DNA of 64,000 nucleotides from the human T2T-CHM13v2.0 reference genome, Homo sapiens, in NCBI RefSeq assembly GCF_009914755.1, contig NC_060928.1; one strand, given 5' to 3'. Within the stretch, counting starts at the first letter, position 1. Each line of letters opens with the position of its first letter. Under the pieces are notes generated by a model. That model was not told where the DNA came from. It ran no database searches and was given only the letters and a program-made list of their open reading frames with translations. A program made the position numbers and the translations under genes. Positions 32,462 to 47,880 of this stretch are shown piece by piece.

Positions 32462-35400
32462 GTAATTTAAGCACAGCCTCAGATTTTTCTGAAATCTCCC
32501 TCAAATTCTAGAGTCAAGAAAACAAGTTTGTAACAGGACTGCTACAGAGACAATTTTGTTGTTGTTGTTATCTTCCTCTCTGTCAGTAAACTAGACTTTT
32601 TCTTTGCTTGCTTAAGCATACGTCTTATAGTAGGTGTTCAAAATACATTTGTTCAGTAGAAGAATTCTGATCTTGAGGAAAATGGCTGACAGTTCCATGT
32701 ACTTTTTAAATGATCTGTGAATTTCACCTTAAAAATAATGATCATGGCTACATCCTCTCAACTATGATCAGAAGCTAGTAACAACTCAGTAAAGAATTTT
32801 ATGGTATATGTCTATCTTCCTGGCACCAAAATTATTTTTTCTTTTATTTTATGGCTTAGAATTAATGATAAGATTGATGAACAAAGCCTAAACAATAAGT
32901 GAAAATATTAATTATAAAAGAGTCTGAGCATGTTAATTTTCATGAAAATTTGCCTGGTATGAATAAAGAGTAACAGCTTGTAAGTGAAGAATATATATCA
33001 TATATGTGTCCTTTGTATTTAATATATGTAAATGAAATGTCTAATAAATTACTGATAACCACAGTGCTTCAAAATATCAGGAAATTGTTTCCTCTTTGAG
33101 ATGTGATCATTCCTCCATCTCTCCGGATGCTATTAGCTTTTCACTGCTCAGTCCATGTGGTTCCCCTGGAAAGTTTTCGTACTATACAAGTCCATAGTAT
33201 TATGTGTGTGGAAGTGGGTATTTCCATAGCCCTTAGTGACTAGATATTTGTTTCTAATGGTTTTGTGGAATTTAAGTTATATCTGAAATCTTCTTTTGCA
33301 GATATAACTTAAATTCCTCAAGAGTATTGTGAAATTCGCATACTTCTTTATATCCCATACAGGTGGGAGCATAGAGTAAGTACTTAAAGAAAACTAGTTG
33401 ATTTTTAAAAACTAACCAAAGTTTTCATTTTCATTCCTTTATCTCTAACTAAATGTTACATTTTAAAAATATGGTAAAAATTATTAGGTTGTAAAATGAT
33501 CTGTTCCACCTTAAAATCACCTCCTTATTTCTAACCTTAACCCTCTGATGATAACTACGTGATGCAGTGATGACAAATCTTCTCTAGCTCTGTCTTGTTG
33601 TGTGATTATTATTCTGCTTCCTCTAGTGTCCAATCCACTAGTAGTGACAGCAATAATTTGATAAACATATCTAACTACTATATACTTTTTTCCAATGCTA
33701 TTTTGTGAAAACACCTCCAACATTTGCCAAGCCAAGAGTGAACCTATTAAAGATATTCAAATAAAATGTATTATATTTTAAAATATGAAAATATAAATAG
33801 AGCCCCACTATGGCACAGCTCATTACTAATGCAGATCTCATAGCAAAACAACATCCCTTGAAATATCAAAATCACATAAAATAAAATTGTGAAAGACAAG
33901 ACATTTACACGGCAAATAGCATCATCCCTTAAAAAGCAGTATGAAGTGTTAAATATGAAGTAGAACTGGGACTACCAAAATTTTGTTCTTTAGAGCCCTA
34001 ATCTAAAAGCCATTAGTAATGATACCTTTAAAAATGTGGTGCTTATGTAAGACTGGGAAATGTTTGAGCTAAATTTCTCTGCTGTGGATTCACTTAGTAT
34101 ATTCCTCTCTGAGATGTACACAGAAAGGAAACTGTCTTAAATATGTTTAACATTTTGGAATAAAACTTTCTAATTTATTCTTGCACAAAGGAATATTTTC
34201 ATGGAAATCCTATTAGCTAATAGAGGTGTTTTGAGGGACATTGACTGGCGAAATGCTGAGGTAAGTAAAAGGAATTTGAATAGAAAACCAAGAGAGTTAA
34301 TTTCTACTCTTAGCTAAGTAGCTCCAGGGCTTAGGAATTCATGCAATTACAGAAGGATATACCATGCACATTTAGTTCCAATTAAAATAGAATCATAAAT
34401 GCATTTCATTTAAGAATAAAAAATATAATGCTGATATTTCTGTTTGTATGCATTCAGCTTCAGTAACAGCAAACCAATTTCAAATGCTTATCCTGAGGCT
34501 TGAACCATGATCACAAGGGTTTTACCAAACCAGGACACGCCCTTTTTTCTTTTCTCTACTTTGTCTTCTGCCATGTGGAGTTCCTCTCATGGTCTCAAAA
34601 TGCTTTCTCCAGCTATTAGGATGCGTAAGTTCCTCTTTCATATTCTGTGAATATGGGAGAGTATCTTTATTTCAAAATAGTCAGCAAATTGTGAGATGTT
34701 TTTCCAATTAGATTAAGTCGTATGCCTTCTATAAGATAATCACATTGGCCACGGAATGAAATGCACTGATAGGGTTTATCCTAGGTCACGAGTTCTGCTC
34801 CTGAGAACAGGAATGCAATTAGGTACCTCCATGTTATAAGGATCTTTTTAGTGGCAAATGAGATTTTGATGAATGGGAAAAGGATGACATGGATACACAG
34901 GTGGAAAAAAATTTATCTTCTTTACTAGACAAAAATGCAAGGAAGATTAAAATTTATAAATTTATAAACTCATAAACATGTACACATACATTTGTTTGTA
35001 AATTTATAAAGTGATAAAAGCTTTAAGAGAGAAGGGTAATAAACAAAAACAACCAAGTGGGCCTAACTTAATTATTAAAAACATACATATGAATACTAGA
35101 CATTGCTATTAGAAATGTCTTTTTGAAAAAATGTTGTCCTTCTTTTGTAAGTTAATCAAATCACTCTCTTATAAAAAAAATACGAATTTGTGTTTTCTGG
35201 AAGACACCATAATCCCTATAGAAATTGGATAATTACTGATTTTTATCTGAAATTTAATTCAGGACACAATTCCAGACAGTAAATAACACAACTACCAAAT
35301 GAGATGGGAGATTGTCTACTATTTTTTCACACGCTTAAGAAAGCACACTTGATTTTTCCAATCAAATGTTAGTACTTTTCCTCAGACTTTGGGCAGCCAC

Positions 35401-37680
35401 TTATTAACTGTACATTAGTTATCAGCATTATATTAAATAAAGAGACATGCAAGTTTTTGAATTGAGAAATGTCAACACCTATCAGAGGTTGAATTTTAAT
35501 AATAAGAGAAATTTTACTTATGTAAATTCAACAAACACAATACGACATTTACATATTGATTGACACTATGTAGAAAATAACAAAGAATTTTGAAAGATAT
35601 ATCTCATCTTTTGTTTCAAGAAATGAAAATAATAGACAGTGCTTATTTATGCAGTTTGTAATTCTTACAGGAAGAGGTCAATAGTATGAGTTCCAGGAAA
35701 TTGTGAACTTTCCGATAATAAATATCTTTAAAACCTAGATTAAAGAATACCCTACTCCTTTTCTTACCAGCAAGGTACAAACCTAGAGATACTTCCTGGT
35801 GGGGTAGGAGAACCTGGCTTAGCCACTCAGTCTTTCACAGAGACAGTTGATATAGTGCCAATTTTAAGTAAAGTGCTATACTCATTTGGCAGTAAGCACC
35901 CCCAACTTATTTCAATCACAATGCAGTTTTATGCCCTTCTTACTTATAAATTCTCAAAATAACTACTTTGAAAATTATTATAGCACAATGCATTTTTTAA
36001 CATTTTTTGTTTCTTAGCCTGAACACAAAGAATCCTGAGAAAGTCTGTTCTGAATGTTCCAGTCCAATTTATTTTCTGATCTCTGTATGACTCAACTCTG
36101 GGCCATGCCAGTCTTAGACTCAGTCAAATGCTGGAAAAGCTTCTTCTGGACTAAAGCACTTCAATGACATCTGTAAAAAAGAACTACATTAGAAGACCTT
36201 TATGTTCTGTAAACTGCAATGAAAGCGGAATTATTTTCAACTTACTGTATCTACTTTGATGGTGGGTTGGAGTGTCACATACCATTTTAACCTAACACGG
36301 CAATTTGTATTCAGCACTGTGCTAAGTGTACTAGGGTCAGAGAATACCTGAAAATGCTATTTTCAAGGAGTCTGCACCCTGGGGTGACAATGCTACAAAG
36401 TGAAAATATGACAAACAATAAAAATAGTAAAAATGCTCAATTGTACAGTTTGGGAGAGCTACAGGCATACTAGGCTATAAGAGTCACAAAAAGGTTCATA
36501 AGAAAAAAAAACAGACTGACTTATATCATTAGGCACAGTTGCAGCATAATTTCCCTACTATTGGCTTTTCTTGCCCCCACACCACCATCTCATCTTTATT
36601 TTGCATTGTCTACATAATTTAACAAAGTGATAGACACATAGGAGATGCTCCATGAGTGATTGTAGCATGGATAGTGATCAGGAGCACCTGATGTATGTGT
36701 CTATTTGAGGGTTAAACATTTTTCTACCAATAAAATAATTGTGCATTTTCTCATATCTCCAACAGTCAATAAAATGTAATCATAATTATGACTGTGTTCT
36801 CAATCTGTGGTCTAACAGTGTTTGTGATATATTCTACCAATGCTCCTCCAAACTCAGATGCAATCTTAGTAATAAACACTATAAGTACCAATGATTAATT
36901 AGGAAGATTAAAGAAATATTATCTCTTCAGAAAAATTCTATCTAATTTCGGATAGAAATCCTCTTAAAAATGCTATTTCTCTTCATGGAAATATTTCTCT
37001 ACTTGGAAGATTCTAATTAACATTAACAAACAGACTCTGTATCACTTTGTTATGATGAAAACAGGGCAAAAATACATTTTTTTCTTTTTTACAGAAAAGG
37101 GATGGGCGTGCTTTCCTTGTTGTTACCATGATGGAAATGTGTCTGGTATTCCTGTTTGTGTGCTAAGCTTAACATATTTCAATGTTATCTGGAATTGGGT
37201 GATCCTTCAACACTGTGTGATAAGCCCATTCTGTTTGTGCATGTAAGCATGTTAAAGAAATGACTAATATAAATCAATGGAGAATGAATTAAACAATAAC
37301 ATAGCAGGTAAGCTAGTCATTTAAATTCCCTAGAATAGTTCCCAGTGAATTGTCCATCATTCACTGTTCTTTGCAGTTTAAGTGAAATATTACAGTAAGC
37401 ATCTTCTTTTCAAAGAATATCAATTTTCCTTTACAAACATATTTTATTTTAAGAAGAGCAATAGTTTGTGATATATGAATAATAAAAATACCACTATCAT
37501 ATCCACTTTGTCTTCTGTTCTTTTACATATGAATATGAGAATAATTTGCGTGAAAATAAGAGGAGACTAAAATTATTATGCATCAATTTTCTAAGAGCAC
37601 TATTTGGTTTTCAGATTTAGATTTAATAGCAGTAAGCAGAGAGTGTAGGTAAAAACAAATATGCAATTTTCTACACTTCT

Positions 37681-38068
37681 TGTCTTAGTACATTCCTGCT
37701 GCTATAACAAAATACCTTAAGATGGTTAACTTATAAACCATATATATTCATTGCTCACAATTATGGAGTCTGGGAAGTCCAAGATCAAGCTGCTGACAGG
37801 TTCAGTGTCTGATTAGGGTGGGTTGTCTGTTTTCAGATGGTGCTTTGAACACTGTGTTCAGAGGAGAGGAGTGCTGTGTCCCCACATGTCAGAAGGGAAA
37901 ATATCCTAGCTAGTTTTCTCCAGTTCTTTTATAAGTTTACTAATTTGATTCATAAAAGCTCCACACTCATGACTTAATCACTTCCTAAAGTCTTCAACTC
38001 TTAAGACTTTCACATTGGCAATATAGTTTCAACACATGAATTTTGAGAGGCATGTTCGTATCACAGCA
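37681..38068 (-). mobile_element. MSTC/D-like MaLR solo LTR
   Basis: Runs tgtcttagtacattcctgctgctataacaaaatacc...tcacagca. TSD cttct/cctct. Confidence 0.85.
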
Positions 38069-38784
38069 CCTCTTTAGCACAAAGCTATTCTATTCTTGAA
38101 TTTGGTTGCTTCATGTTACCAAGATTTCAAAACTTTACTTGTTTAATTGATGTTTGAAATACTCCTTTTGCAAAAGTTTGTTTTGAAAGAATAGGGATTT
38201 GGGCTCTTCTAAACAGAGTTTTCAAGGTTGCCCACATACCGAAATTGTTCAGTTTGAGAAGGAAATTTCTGATCAGGAGTTCACCAGTTTTGCTCTAATA
38301 TCACCTTTTCTGATATTTCTAGGAATTGGGTTTCATGGCTTGACAATACTAAACAAAACTGACATAAAAATTGGAAATGAGAAGGTCACAGTTTGTAACG
38401 CACTCTTCCATACAGTGTTGGACTTGCTTCCTTTCGTTATTTGTGTAGTTTTTCCTGCTATAACCTTCAGAGCTCCAACCAGTTGAACTTTCAACTTGTG
38501 CTGTTATTTTTTAGAAGAATTGTGTGGAGATTTTTTTCTTATACTAGAAGGCCAAGGAGTTTATTTTCTTTATAGTATTTTTTAAAACTTTTTTTGTTGT
38601 TGTTACAGACTGGGTAGAGGCATTCCACTGAGCAGTTAAAAGTTTAGACAAAAGTTAGCCATCAATGACAAAGTTTCTTGTAGATTTTTTATTCTATTCT
38701 GTCTATCGTTCACCAGAAAATAGCTTTGTAAGTTTTCACTCCAGCTATTAAAATGGAAATTTACACATTTCCTAGGACAAGCAA

Positions 38785-39045
38785 CAATAATAACTAATAT
38801 TCACATATATATGTGTGTGTGTGTGAAGTTTACGAATTCTTTCATAATCTGTATTTTATACAAAAATATAATTACCACAGAAATTTTGCTGCAATAGTTA
38901 TTATTACAATCCTCATTTTCATATGAGCATGCTAAAACTCAAAGGAAAACCTGACCAAGTTCACAAACTGATAAATGAAAGAGCCAGGAATAAATCCAGA
39001 CTTTTTATATTCCAAGTTTTCAAGTCTTTCCACTCCAACCATAAG
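38785..39045 (-). mobile_element. MIR fragment
   Basis: cctcattttcatatgagc...gaccaagttcacaaactgataaatgaaagagccagga. Confidence 0.6.
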
Positions 39046-39175
39046 CCTTTCATGAAGTCAACTTATCCTTGCGAAATGACTTTCTTACAATGTATTACAC
39101 TTGAGTTGGTATTTTAGCACTTTTTAGCACTGTTAGTATCAGTGAATATGTGCTAAGTTGTATCCACAGTCTGTA

Positions 39176-39219
39176 ACACACACACACACACACACACATA
39201 CACACACACACACACACAT
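39176..39219. repeat. (CA)n microsatellite, interrupted once
   Basis: Directly visible. Confidence 0.95.
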
Positions 39220-40044
39220 AATTATTAACTACGGACCCTTTAAATGCAGTTACAAGTACAACTACAAAAACACTTGTTTTAAGAGTAGCAGTCTTCATTA
39301 CAGAAAAGAGAGCCCTCAATCATTAAGATACTAAATGTCATGTTTTACTATGTAACACTTTCATATCAAAACATTCCTGATCATAACCCAATAAAACTCA
39401 GGGCATCTTCCTCTGAATTATTCAGTCTTTACTGATTTTTTGGCTCTGAATTAAAGGATAAAGCATAATTCAGCAACTAATTAGATGTGTACTTCTATTT
39501 CTCTCTTATGCTTCATAAGTTTTTCATCTTTCTGGCTAGATTATAAGTACCTTGAAAGAAGAGATTGCCACAAACTCCTTTTTATGTTCTAAAGATTATT
39601 TAGTATAGGTCATGGTGCATATTAGTATCTAAGTAAATATGTATAATTTATCATATCACAAAATAAAGTATTTTAATGATCTTTTGTCAGTTATTATAAA
39701 CAGATGATAAAGTATGGTTTTAAGTCACTCCCCTTGATTGCTAGTTGTCTGTAATTTAATCTACAGCCAACCATATTCTCTAGACATACATGGTCCATCA
39801 CACCATAAAACATCTTGTACCAAAAATCTACTAACAGGGAACTATAACTTAATACAAACTAGTTTCTTTTACTTACATGAGAAATCAGTCTTATAATGAA
39901 AATCCACTCCTGATATATCTTAGACATGTTGTGGAGCACATAGGGACTACAGTTTCATTTGAAAGTTTGCAAGTGGCTACATTCAAAGGGAATAATGCTG
40001 GTAAAGGGAGTCTGCTTTTCCTTCATTGTTGAATGCCCTGATGA

Positions 40045-40505
40045 ATCAATTAGGATATTTTTGTTGCAAGTGATAGAATGCACAATTAAAACTGCTTTAA
40101 TATATGTATTGATTTGTCTATATTTCTAAAAAGTCCAGAAGTAGAGCTAGTTTCACATATGGTTACTCCATTTCCCACAACTATCTCTGCTCTACTCTAA
40201 CAATAGAATTTATTCTCAAGCAGACTTTGGTCATGACAGCAAAATTATTGTACATTTTCAGGCATGACAAATGTACAACATGATATTCTCCCACCAAATA
40301 GAATGAGGTTTGGACAGATAATACAATCTTTCAGCTGATTCCTGTGCTTAAGGAAACACCAGAAGCTGATTGCCTTAGGGAGATGGGATTCTTCTGATTA
40401 GTGAGTACAAATTAGAAATCAGTCCCAAACTGAGTGTCAATTCAATTCCAACCACAATTCAGAAGTATGAATGTTGGAGAAAAAAACTCACAATGACTTC
40501 TACAA
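40045..40505 (-). mobile_element. Old MLT1 (K/L-like) LTR remnant
   Basis: Start motif attaggatatttttgttgcaagtgatagaa. Confidence 0.45.
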
Positions 40506-40623
40506 AAACCAAAAAACTGATCATTTCCATAAATAGATCATATACTTGCACTTAGGTTAATTAATAATAACCTCAATAAATAATGATATTGTGAGTAACA
40601 AAGAATAAGCCTGATGCATGAAT

Positions 40624-43600
40624 ATTTATTTATTTTTAATTTTATTTTAGACTTGGGAGTACACGTGCAGATTTGTTACAAGGGTATAATGTGTGACTTT
40701 GAGTTTGGGGTGTGAATGATCCCATTACCACGGTAACGAGCATAGAACCCTTGTCCCTTTCTTGGAGTTCCCAATGTCTATTGTTGCCATCTTTATGTCC
40801 ATGTGTGCCCAGTGTTTAGCTCCCACTTATAATTGAAAACATGGAATATTAGGTTTTCTGTTTCTGCATTAATTTGCTAAGGATAATGTCCTCCAGCTGT
40901 ATCCATGCTACTGCAAGGATGTGATTTCTTTCATTTTTATGGCTGTGTAGTATTCCATGGTGTATATGTACCACTTTTTCTTTATCCAGTCTACCGTTTA
41001 TAGGTGCCTGAGTTGATTCCCCTGATAAGCATGTGAGTGCAGCTGTCTTTTTAGTAGAATGATTTATTTCCCTTTGGGTATATACCCAGTAATGGGATCA
41101 CTGGGTCCAATGGTAATTTTGTATTCAGTTCTTTGATAAGTATCCAAACTGCTTTCCATAGTGGCTGAACTAATTTGCATTCCTACCAACAGTGAATAAG
41201 TGTTCCCTTTTCTTCTCAACTTCACTAACACCTGTTACTTCTTGACTTTTTAATAATAGCCAATTCAACTGTATAAGATGGTATCTCATTGTGGTTTTGA
41301 TTTGCATTTCTGATGACTAGTGATGTTTAAAATTTTTACATATATTTGTTGGCCACGTGGGTGTCTTCTTTTGAGAAATGTCTGTTAATTTCCTTTGCCC
41401 ACTCTTAAATGGGATTATTTGTATTTTGCTCAATGATTTAAGTCTGTAGATTCTGGATATTTGCCTGATGCATAGTTTCAAATATTTTGTCCCGTTCTCT
41501 ATATTGTCTCATTACTCTCTTGATAGTTTATTTTGCCATGCAGAAGTTCTTTAGTTTAATTAAATCCTATTTGTCTATATTTTATTTTGTTGCATTTGCT
41601 TTTCGGGTCTTCATCATAAATTCTTTACCTAGGCCAATGTCTAGAGGAGTACGTCCCAGGTTTTCTTCTAGGATTTTATAGTTTGAGGTTTACATTTAAG
41701 TCTTTAAGCCATCCTGAGTTAATTTTTGTATATAGTAAAAAGATGGAAGTCCAAGTCATTATTCTGCATACAATTAGCCAGTTTTCTCAGCAACATTTAT
41801 TGAATAGGGTGTTTCTTCCCCATTGTTATTTTTGTTGACTTTGTCAAATATCAGTTGGTTGTACATGTGCAGCTTTATTTCAGGTGTCTCAAAGCTGTTC
41901 CATTAGTCTATGTGTTTATTTTTGTACCAGTACCATGCTATGTTGTTAACTATAGTCTTGTAGTATAGTTTCAAGAATAAGTTAGATAACATGATGCCTG
42001 CTGCTTTATTATTTTTGCTTAGGATTGCCTTAGCTACTTGAGCTCTTTTTTTTTTGGTTCCATATGAAGTTTAGAATTGTTTATTTCTGTGGGAAAAAAG
42101 GCATTGGTAATTTGATAGAAATAGCATTGAATCTGTAGATTGCTGTAGATTTTACATTTTAATAATACTGGTTTTTCCAATCCATGGGCATGGAATGCTT
42201 TTTCCATTTGTTTTTGTTATCTGTGATTTATTTCAGCAATGTTTTGTAGTTCTCCTTGTAGAGTTCCTTCATGTCCTTCATTAGATGTATTCTTAGGTAT
42301 TTTATTTTTGCGTGTGTGTGTCTGCTGTAAATGGGATTGCATTCTTGATTTGATTCTCAGTTTGAATGTTATTGGTGTATAGAAATGCTACTGTTTTTGT
42401 ATGTTGATTTTATATTCTGAGATTTACTGACATTGCTAGTCATGTTTTGGAGACTTTTCATAGGATATTTAGGGTTTTCTAGGTGTAGAATTATGTATCA
42501 AAGAGAGAGAATTTCACTTTCTCTCTTCTTATTTGGATGCCTTTTATTTCTTTCTCTTGCCTGACTGCTTTGGCTATTATGTTGAATAGGAGTGGTGAGA
42601 ATGGGAATCTTTGTCTTTTTCTACTTGTTAGAGGAGTTGCTTCCCACTTTTGCCCATTCAGGATAATGTTTGCTGTGGGTTTGTCATAGATTTCTCTTAT
42701 TATTTTGAGATATATTCCTTTGGTGTCTAGCTTGTGGAGGGTTTCTATCATGAGGGGATGTTGGATTTTATCAAATGTTGTTTTTTCTGCTTCTATTGAG
42801 TAGTTGATATGGTTTTGTTTTTATTTCTGTTTATGTGGTGAATCACATTTATTGCTTTTTGTATAGTGAAACATCTTTGCAGCCCATGAATAAAGCCCAC
42901 TTGATCCTGGCAAATTAACTTCTTGATGTGCTGCTTAATTTGGTTTGCTAGCATTTTCTTGAGGATTTTTGTGCCTATGGTCATCAGGGATATATGTTTT
43001 GTTGTTGTGTCTTTGTCTGATTTTAGTATCAGAATGATGCTGGTTTAATAGAATGAGAGAAGAATCTGTACTCCTCAATTTTTTGGAATAGTTTCAGTAG
43101 GATTGGTACCAGCTCTTTGTATACCTGGTATAATTTGGCTGTGAATTCATGTTGTCTAGGGCTTTTTAGGAGGTGTTGGTAAGTTTTTTTTTATTACTGA
43201 TTCTATTTTATTGCTTTTCTTGGTCTGTTCAGAATATCTATTTCTTCTTGGTTCAATCTTGAGAGGTTGCATGTTTCCAGGAATTTATCTATTTCCTTTA
43301 GATTTTCTAGCTTTGAGTGCGTAGAGAAGTTTATAGTAGTCCCCAAGGATCGTTTTATATTTCCTTGGGATCAATTGTGATGTCACCTTTGTCATTTCTG
43401 ATTGTGCTTATTTGAGTCTTCTCTCATTTTTTTCTTTGTTAATCTAGCTAGCAGTCTATCAATCTTGTTTATCCTTTCAAAGAATCCACTTTTTGTTTCA
43501 TTGATTCTTTATATGTTTTTATTTTCACTCTCAATTTCATTTAGTTCTGCTCTGATTTTAGGTATTTCTTTCTTCTACTACCTTTGCATTTAATTTGTTC

Positions 43601-44096
43601 TTGTTTCTCTAGTTCCTTTAGGTGTCGGCATATGATGTTAATTTGAGATTTTTCTATCTCCGTGATGTAGATATTTAGCACTACAAACCATCCTCTTAAA
43701 ACTGTTTTTGCTGTATCCCAGAAATTTTTGCATATTCAGTCTCCATTTTAATTTGTTTCCAAGAATTTTTTTATTTTTGCCTTAATTTTATTGTTTACCC
43801 AGAAGTTATTCAAGAGCAAGTTGTTTAATTTCCATGCATCTGTGTGGTTTTAAGAGTTTGGTATTGATTTCTATTCTCATTCTACTGTGGTCCAAGGTGA
43901 TGCTTGATATGACTTTAATTTTTTTGAATGTGTTGAGACTTGCTTTATGACCAAGTATGTGGTCAATCATAGAGTATATTCTATGTGCAGATGAGATAAA
44001 TGCATCTTCTTTGGTTGTTGGGTGGAATATTCTATAGCCTATTAGGTCCAATTGGCCAAGTGTTCAATTAAAGTCCAGAATTTCTTTGTTATTTTT
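40624..44096 (-). mobile_element. Older L1 (L1PA13-16/L1PB-like), 5'-truncated within the ORF2 endonuclease region
   Basis: Degenerate ORF2 peptides at 42491-42984 and 43806-44051. The 3' UTR has gtgaatgatcccattacc. Several internal deletions. No clear TSD. Confidence 0.92.
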
Positions 44097-44859
44097 TAGA
44101 GGCATTATTATCCTATGATTCACACTTTAGAATTTGAAAGTATGGGGTACTTTATTAATAATAATGATAGTAATATGAGAGATAATCTCAAAAACTATCA
44201 GTGATAAGAGTTTTTAAAATTCAATTGAATATAAACATTTCTAAAGTAAATGTTTATTTTAATTAATTAATTATTACATTAATATAGTGAAACAAGAAAT
44301 GACATGCCCATTTTGTACTTGAAGAGACTGTGGTCGAGTGTGACTGAGTGACTTGCCAAACTTCATGCAGCTAAAACTGGGAGCAGAATAACACAGACAC
44401 ATATATTGTAAATCTAAATATTCTTTTAATCTATTACATCAGACATAATAGCTGCATAAAAAGCAGGAGCTAAAGTATACACTCTAAAATATTTAAAGTT
44501 TTGACAATAGGACAACAATAAGAAGGAACCAATACAAAATGCATCACTTATCTATCACTGCTCTTGGATTATACATTAAACTTCATTATGTAGTTTTCTA
44601 TTCAGGAACAAGGAAATGAAGACAGGTAAATATCAGCCTTTTGATTTAATAAAAGGTTGAGGATGGAGGAAGGGAAAAAATAGATGAAAGAAGATACCTA
44701 TCATCACTCATGAGGAGGATTTTTTTATGATAGTGATGCTGATCATTTGCTTTCTGGCTGCAGATATATGTACAAGTGGAAATGGGATTATATCAAAGCA
44801 AGAAAAGTATCTTAACTCCTGTTAAAAGACAGAAAATTATCAGTTTCTACACATGTGCA

Positions 44860-46340
<1,481 letters not shown>

Positions 46341-46845
46341 ATATCTCTGTAATACTGAAGCTTTTTATGTTTTTTATTTTTATTTTTAGGGTTTGGTTAT
46401 AGAAAATTCCTTGTAGATTGCTGATCTTGTAGCTCTACAGCTCACAGTAGAAGGCACTGGATAAAACAAATGTGTGATTCATATTTAGAGAATGTAAGGA
46501 AAAGATGAAATTGAGGAAAAAAAGACTAGAATATAGGCCATTGCTTGTGCTTTAAATCCAATATAGGGTTATGAGTTACCAAAGAATAACCTTGTTTATA
46601 TATATAAAACTTAAAAATTTCAGTCTTTTTATGCAAATAGTCAATGTGATCATGATTAGTACTCTACAGCTAGTTTGACTATATTATCTATTTTCTAAGC
46701 CAGGACACTTTTGAGTTCTAAAACGACCAGGTTATTCAAAATAATTAAAACTATATACTTTTTGAAATATTTACTTTTTTACTGAAACCATGTTGTATTA
46801 TATTGGTAAGCTTATGTAATACTTCTGCTTAAAAAATTTTTTAGA

Positions 46846-47091
46846 GGCTGGGCTCAATGGCTCACACCTGTAATCCTAACACTTTGAGAGGCTGAGGCGG
46901 GGCGGCTCGCCTGAGCTCAAGAGTTCGAGACCAGCCTGGGCAACATGATGCAACCCTGGCTCTACTGAAATACAAAAACTTCTCCAGGTATGGCGGCACG
47001 TGCCTATAATCTCAGTTACTTGGGAGGCTGAGGCATGGGAATTGCTTGAACCTGGGAGTCGGAGGTTGCAGTGAGCCAAGATCATGCCACT
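46846..47091 (+). mobile_element. Old AluS/J, 3'-truncated with no tail
   Basis: Alu sequence ends abruptly at gatcatgccact. Confidence 0.9.
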
Positions 47092-47880
47092 CTTTCATAC
47101 CTGTGAAAGGAGAGATGGAAGGAAGGAGGATGTTGCAGAAAAAGCAAAACTCTGAGAAAGCCTAGGACAGGCTCCTGAAGTCACCAAGCAAAAATCACCC
47201 ATTAGAGGATCCTGCATTTAGTAGAAATGACCCATTTCTAATCCCCCAACTGGGCTTAGTTATTGACTGGTGTGTTAGTCTGCTCAGGCAGATATAACAA
47301 CATATTACAGACTGGGTGGCTCAAACAATAGACATTTATTTCTCATGGTATGGAGCCTGAGAAATCCAAGACCAAGATGCTGGCCAATTTGGTTCCTGGT
47401 GAAGACTCTCTTCCTGGCTTAGAGATGGCTACCTCCTGCCTGTATCCTTATACAGCAGACAGAGGGGGAGAGAGACACAGAGAGAGGAAGAGAGAAAGTC
47501 AGAGAGAGAGAGAGAAAGAGAGCACTCTGGTGCTTCATCTTACAAAGACATTAGTTATATCAAATCAGGGTCCTACTCTTATGATTTTATTTAAATATAT
47601 GTATCTCTGTATAGGTCTTATCTCCAAATATAGTAAAATTGAGGGTTAAGGTTTGAACATATAAATTTGGGGACTGGGGAGACACAATCCCATCTGTAGC
47701 AGCTGGGTTAATCTCAGTGACTTCAGCATGAAAAACACACCAGATCCATAGGTGTGTCAGCTGAAGGCTGTGAGACACCTACACTCCTTGCAGCAGTTTC
47801 TCTCAGAGACAGTTATGAGTGGTCTGAACTCTTTTCACTGAAAGTGCTGAAGCATCTGTAAACAGCCAGTACACTCGATG
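47092..47880 (-). mobile_element. LTR16-like ERVL LTR interrupted by a MaLR LTR
   Basis: acctgtgaaagg...cacccattagaggatcctgc...agttattgactgg, resuming after 47706 with gtcagctgaaggctgt. Confidence 0.55.
47271..47701 (-). mobile_element. MLT1A/MSTD-like MaLR solo LTR with internal (GA)n
   Basis: Runs tgtgttagtctgctcaggc...cagactgggtggc...ctgtagca. TSD actgg/gctgg. Confidence 0.85.

Noticed and set aside
34190-34266. Strong donor GAG|gtaagt at 34260
   Set aside because: Only a weak AAG acceptor upstream, and the region resembles an old DNA-transposon end.
35670-35780. Possible plus-strand exon (ttcttacag ... AAG|gtacaa), and a lone acceptor near 37094
   Set aside because: Weak or missing partner splice site.
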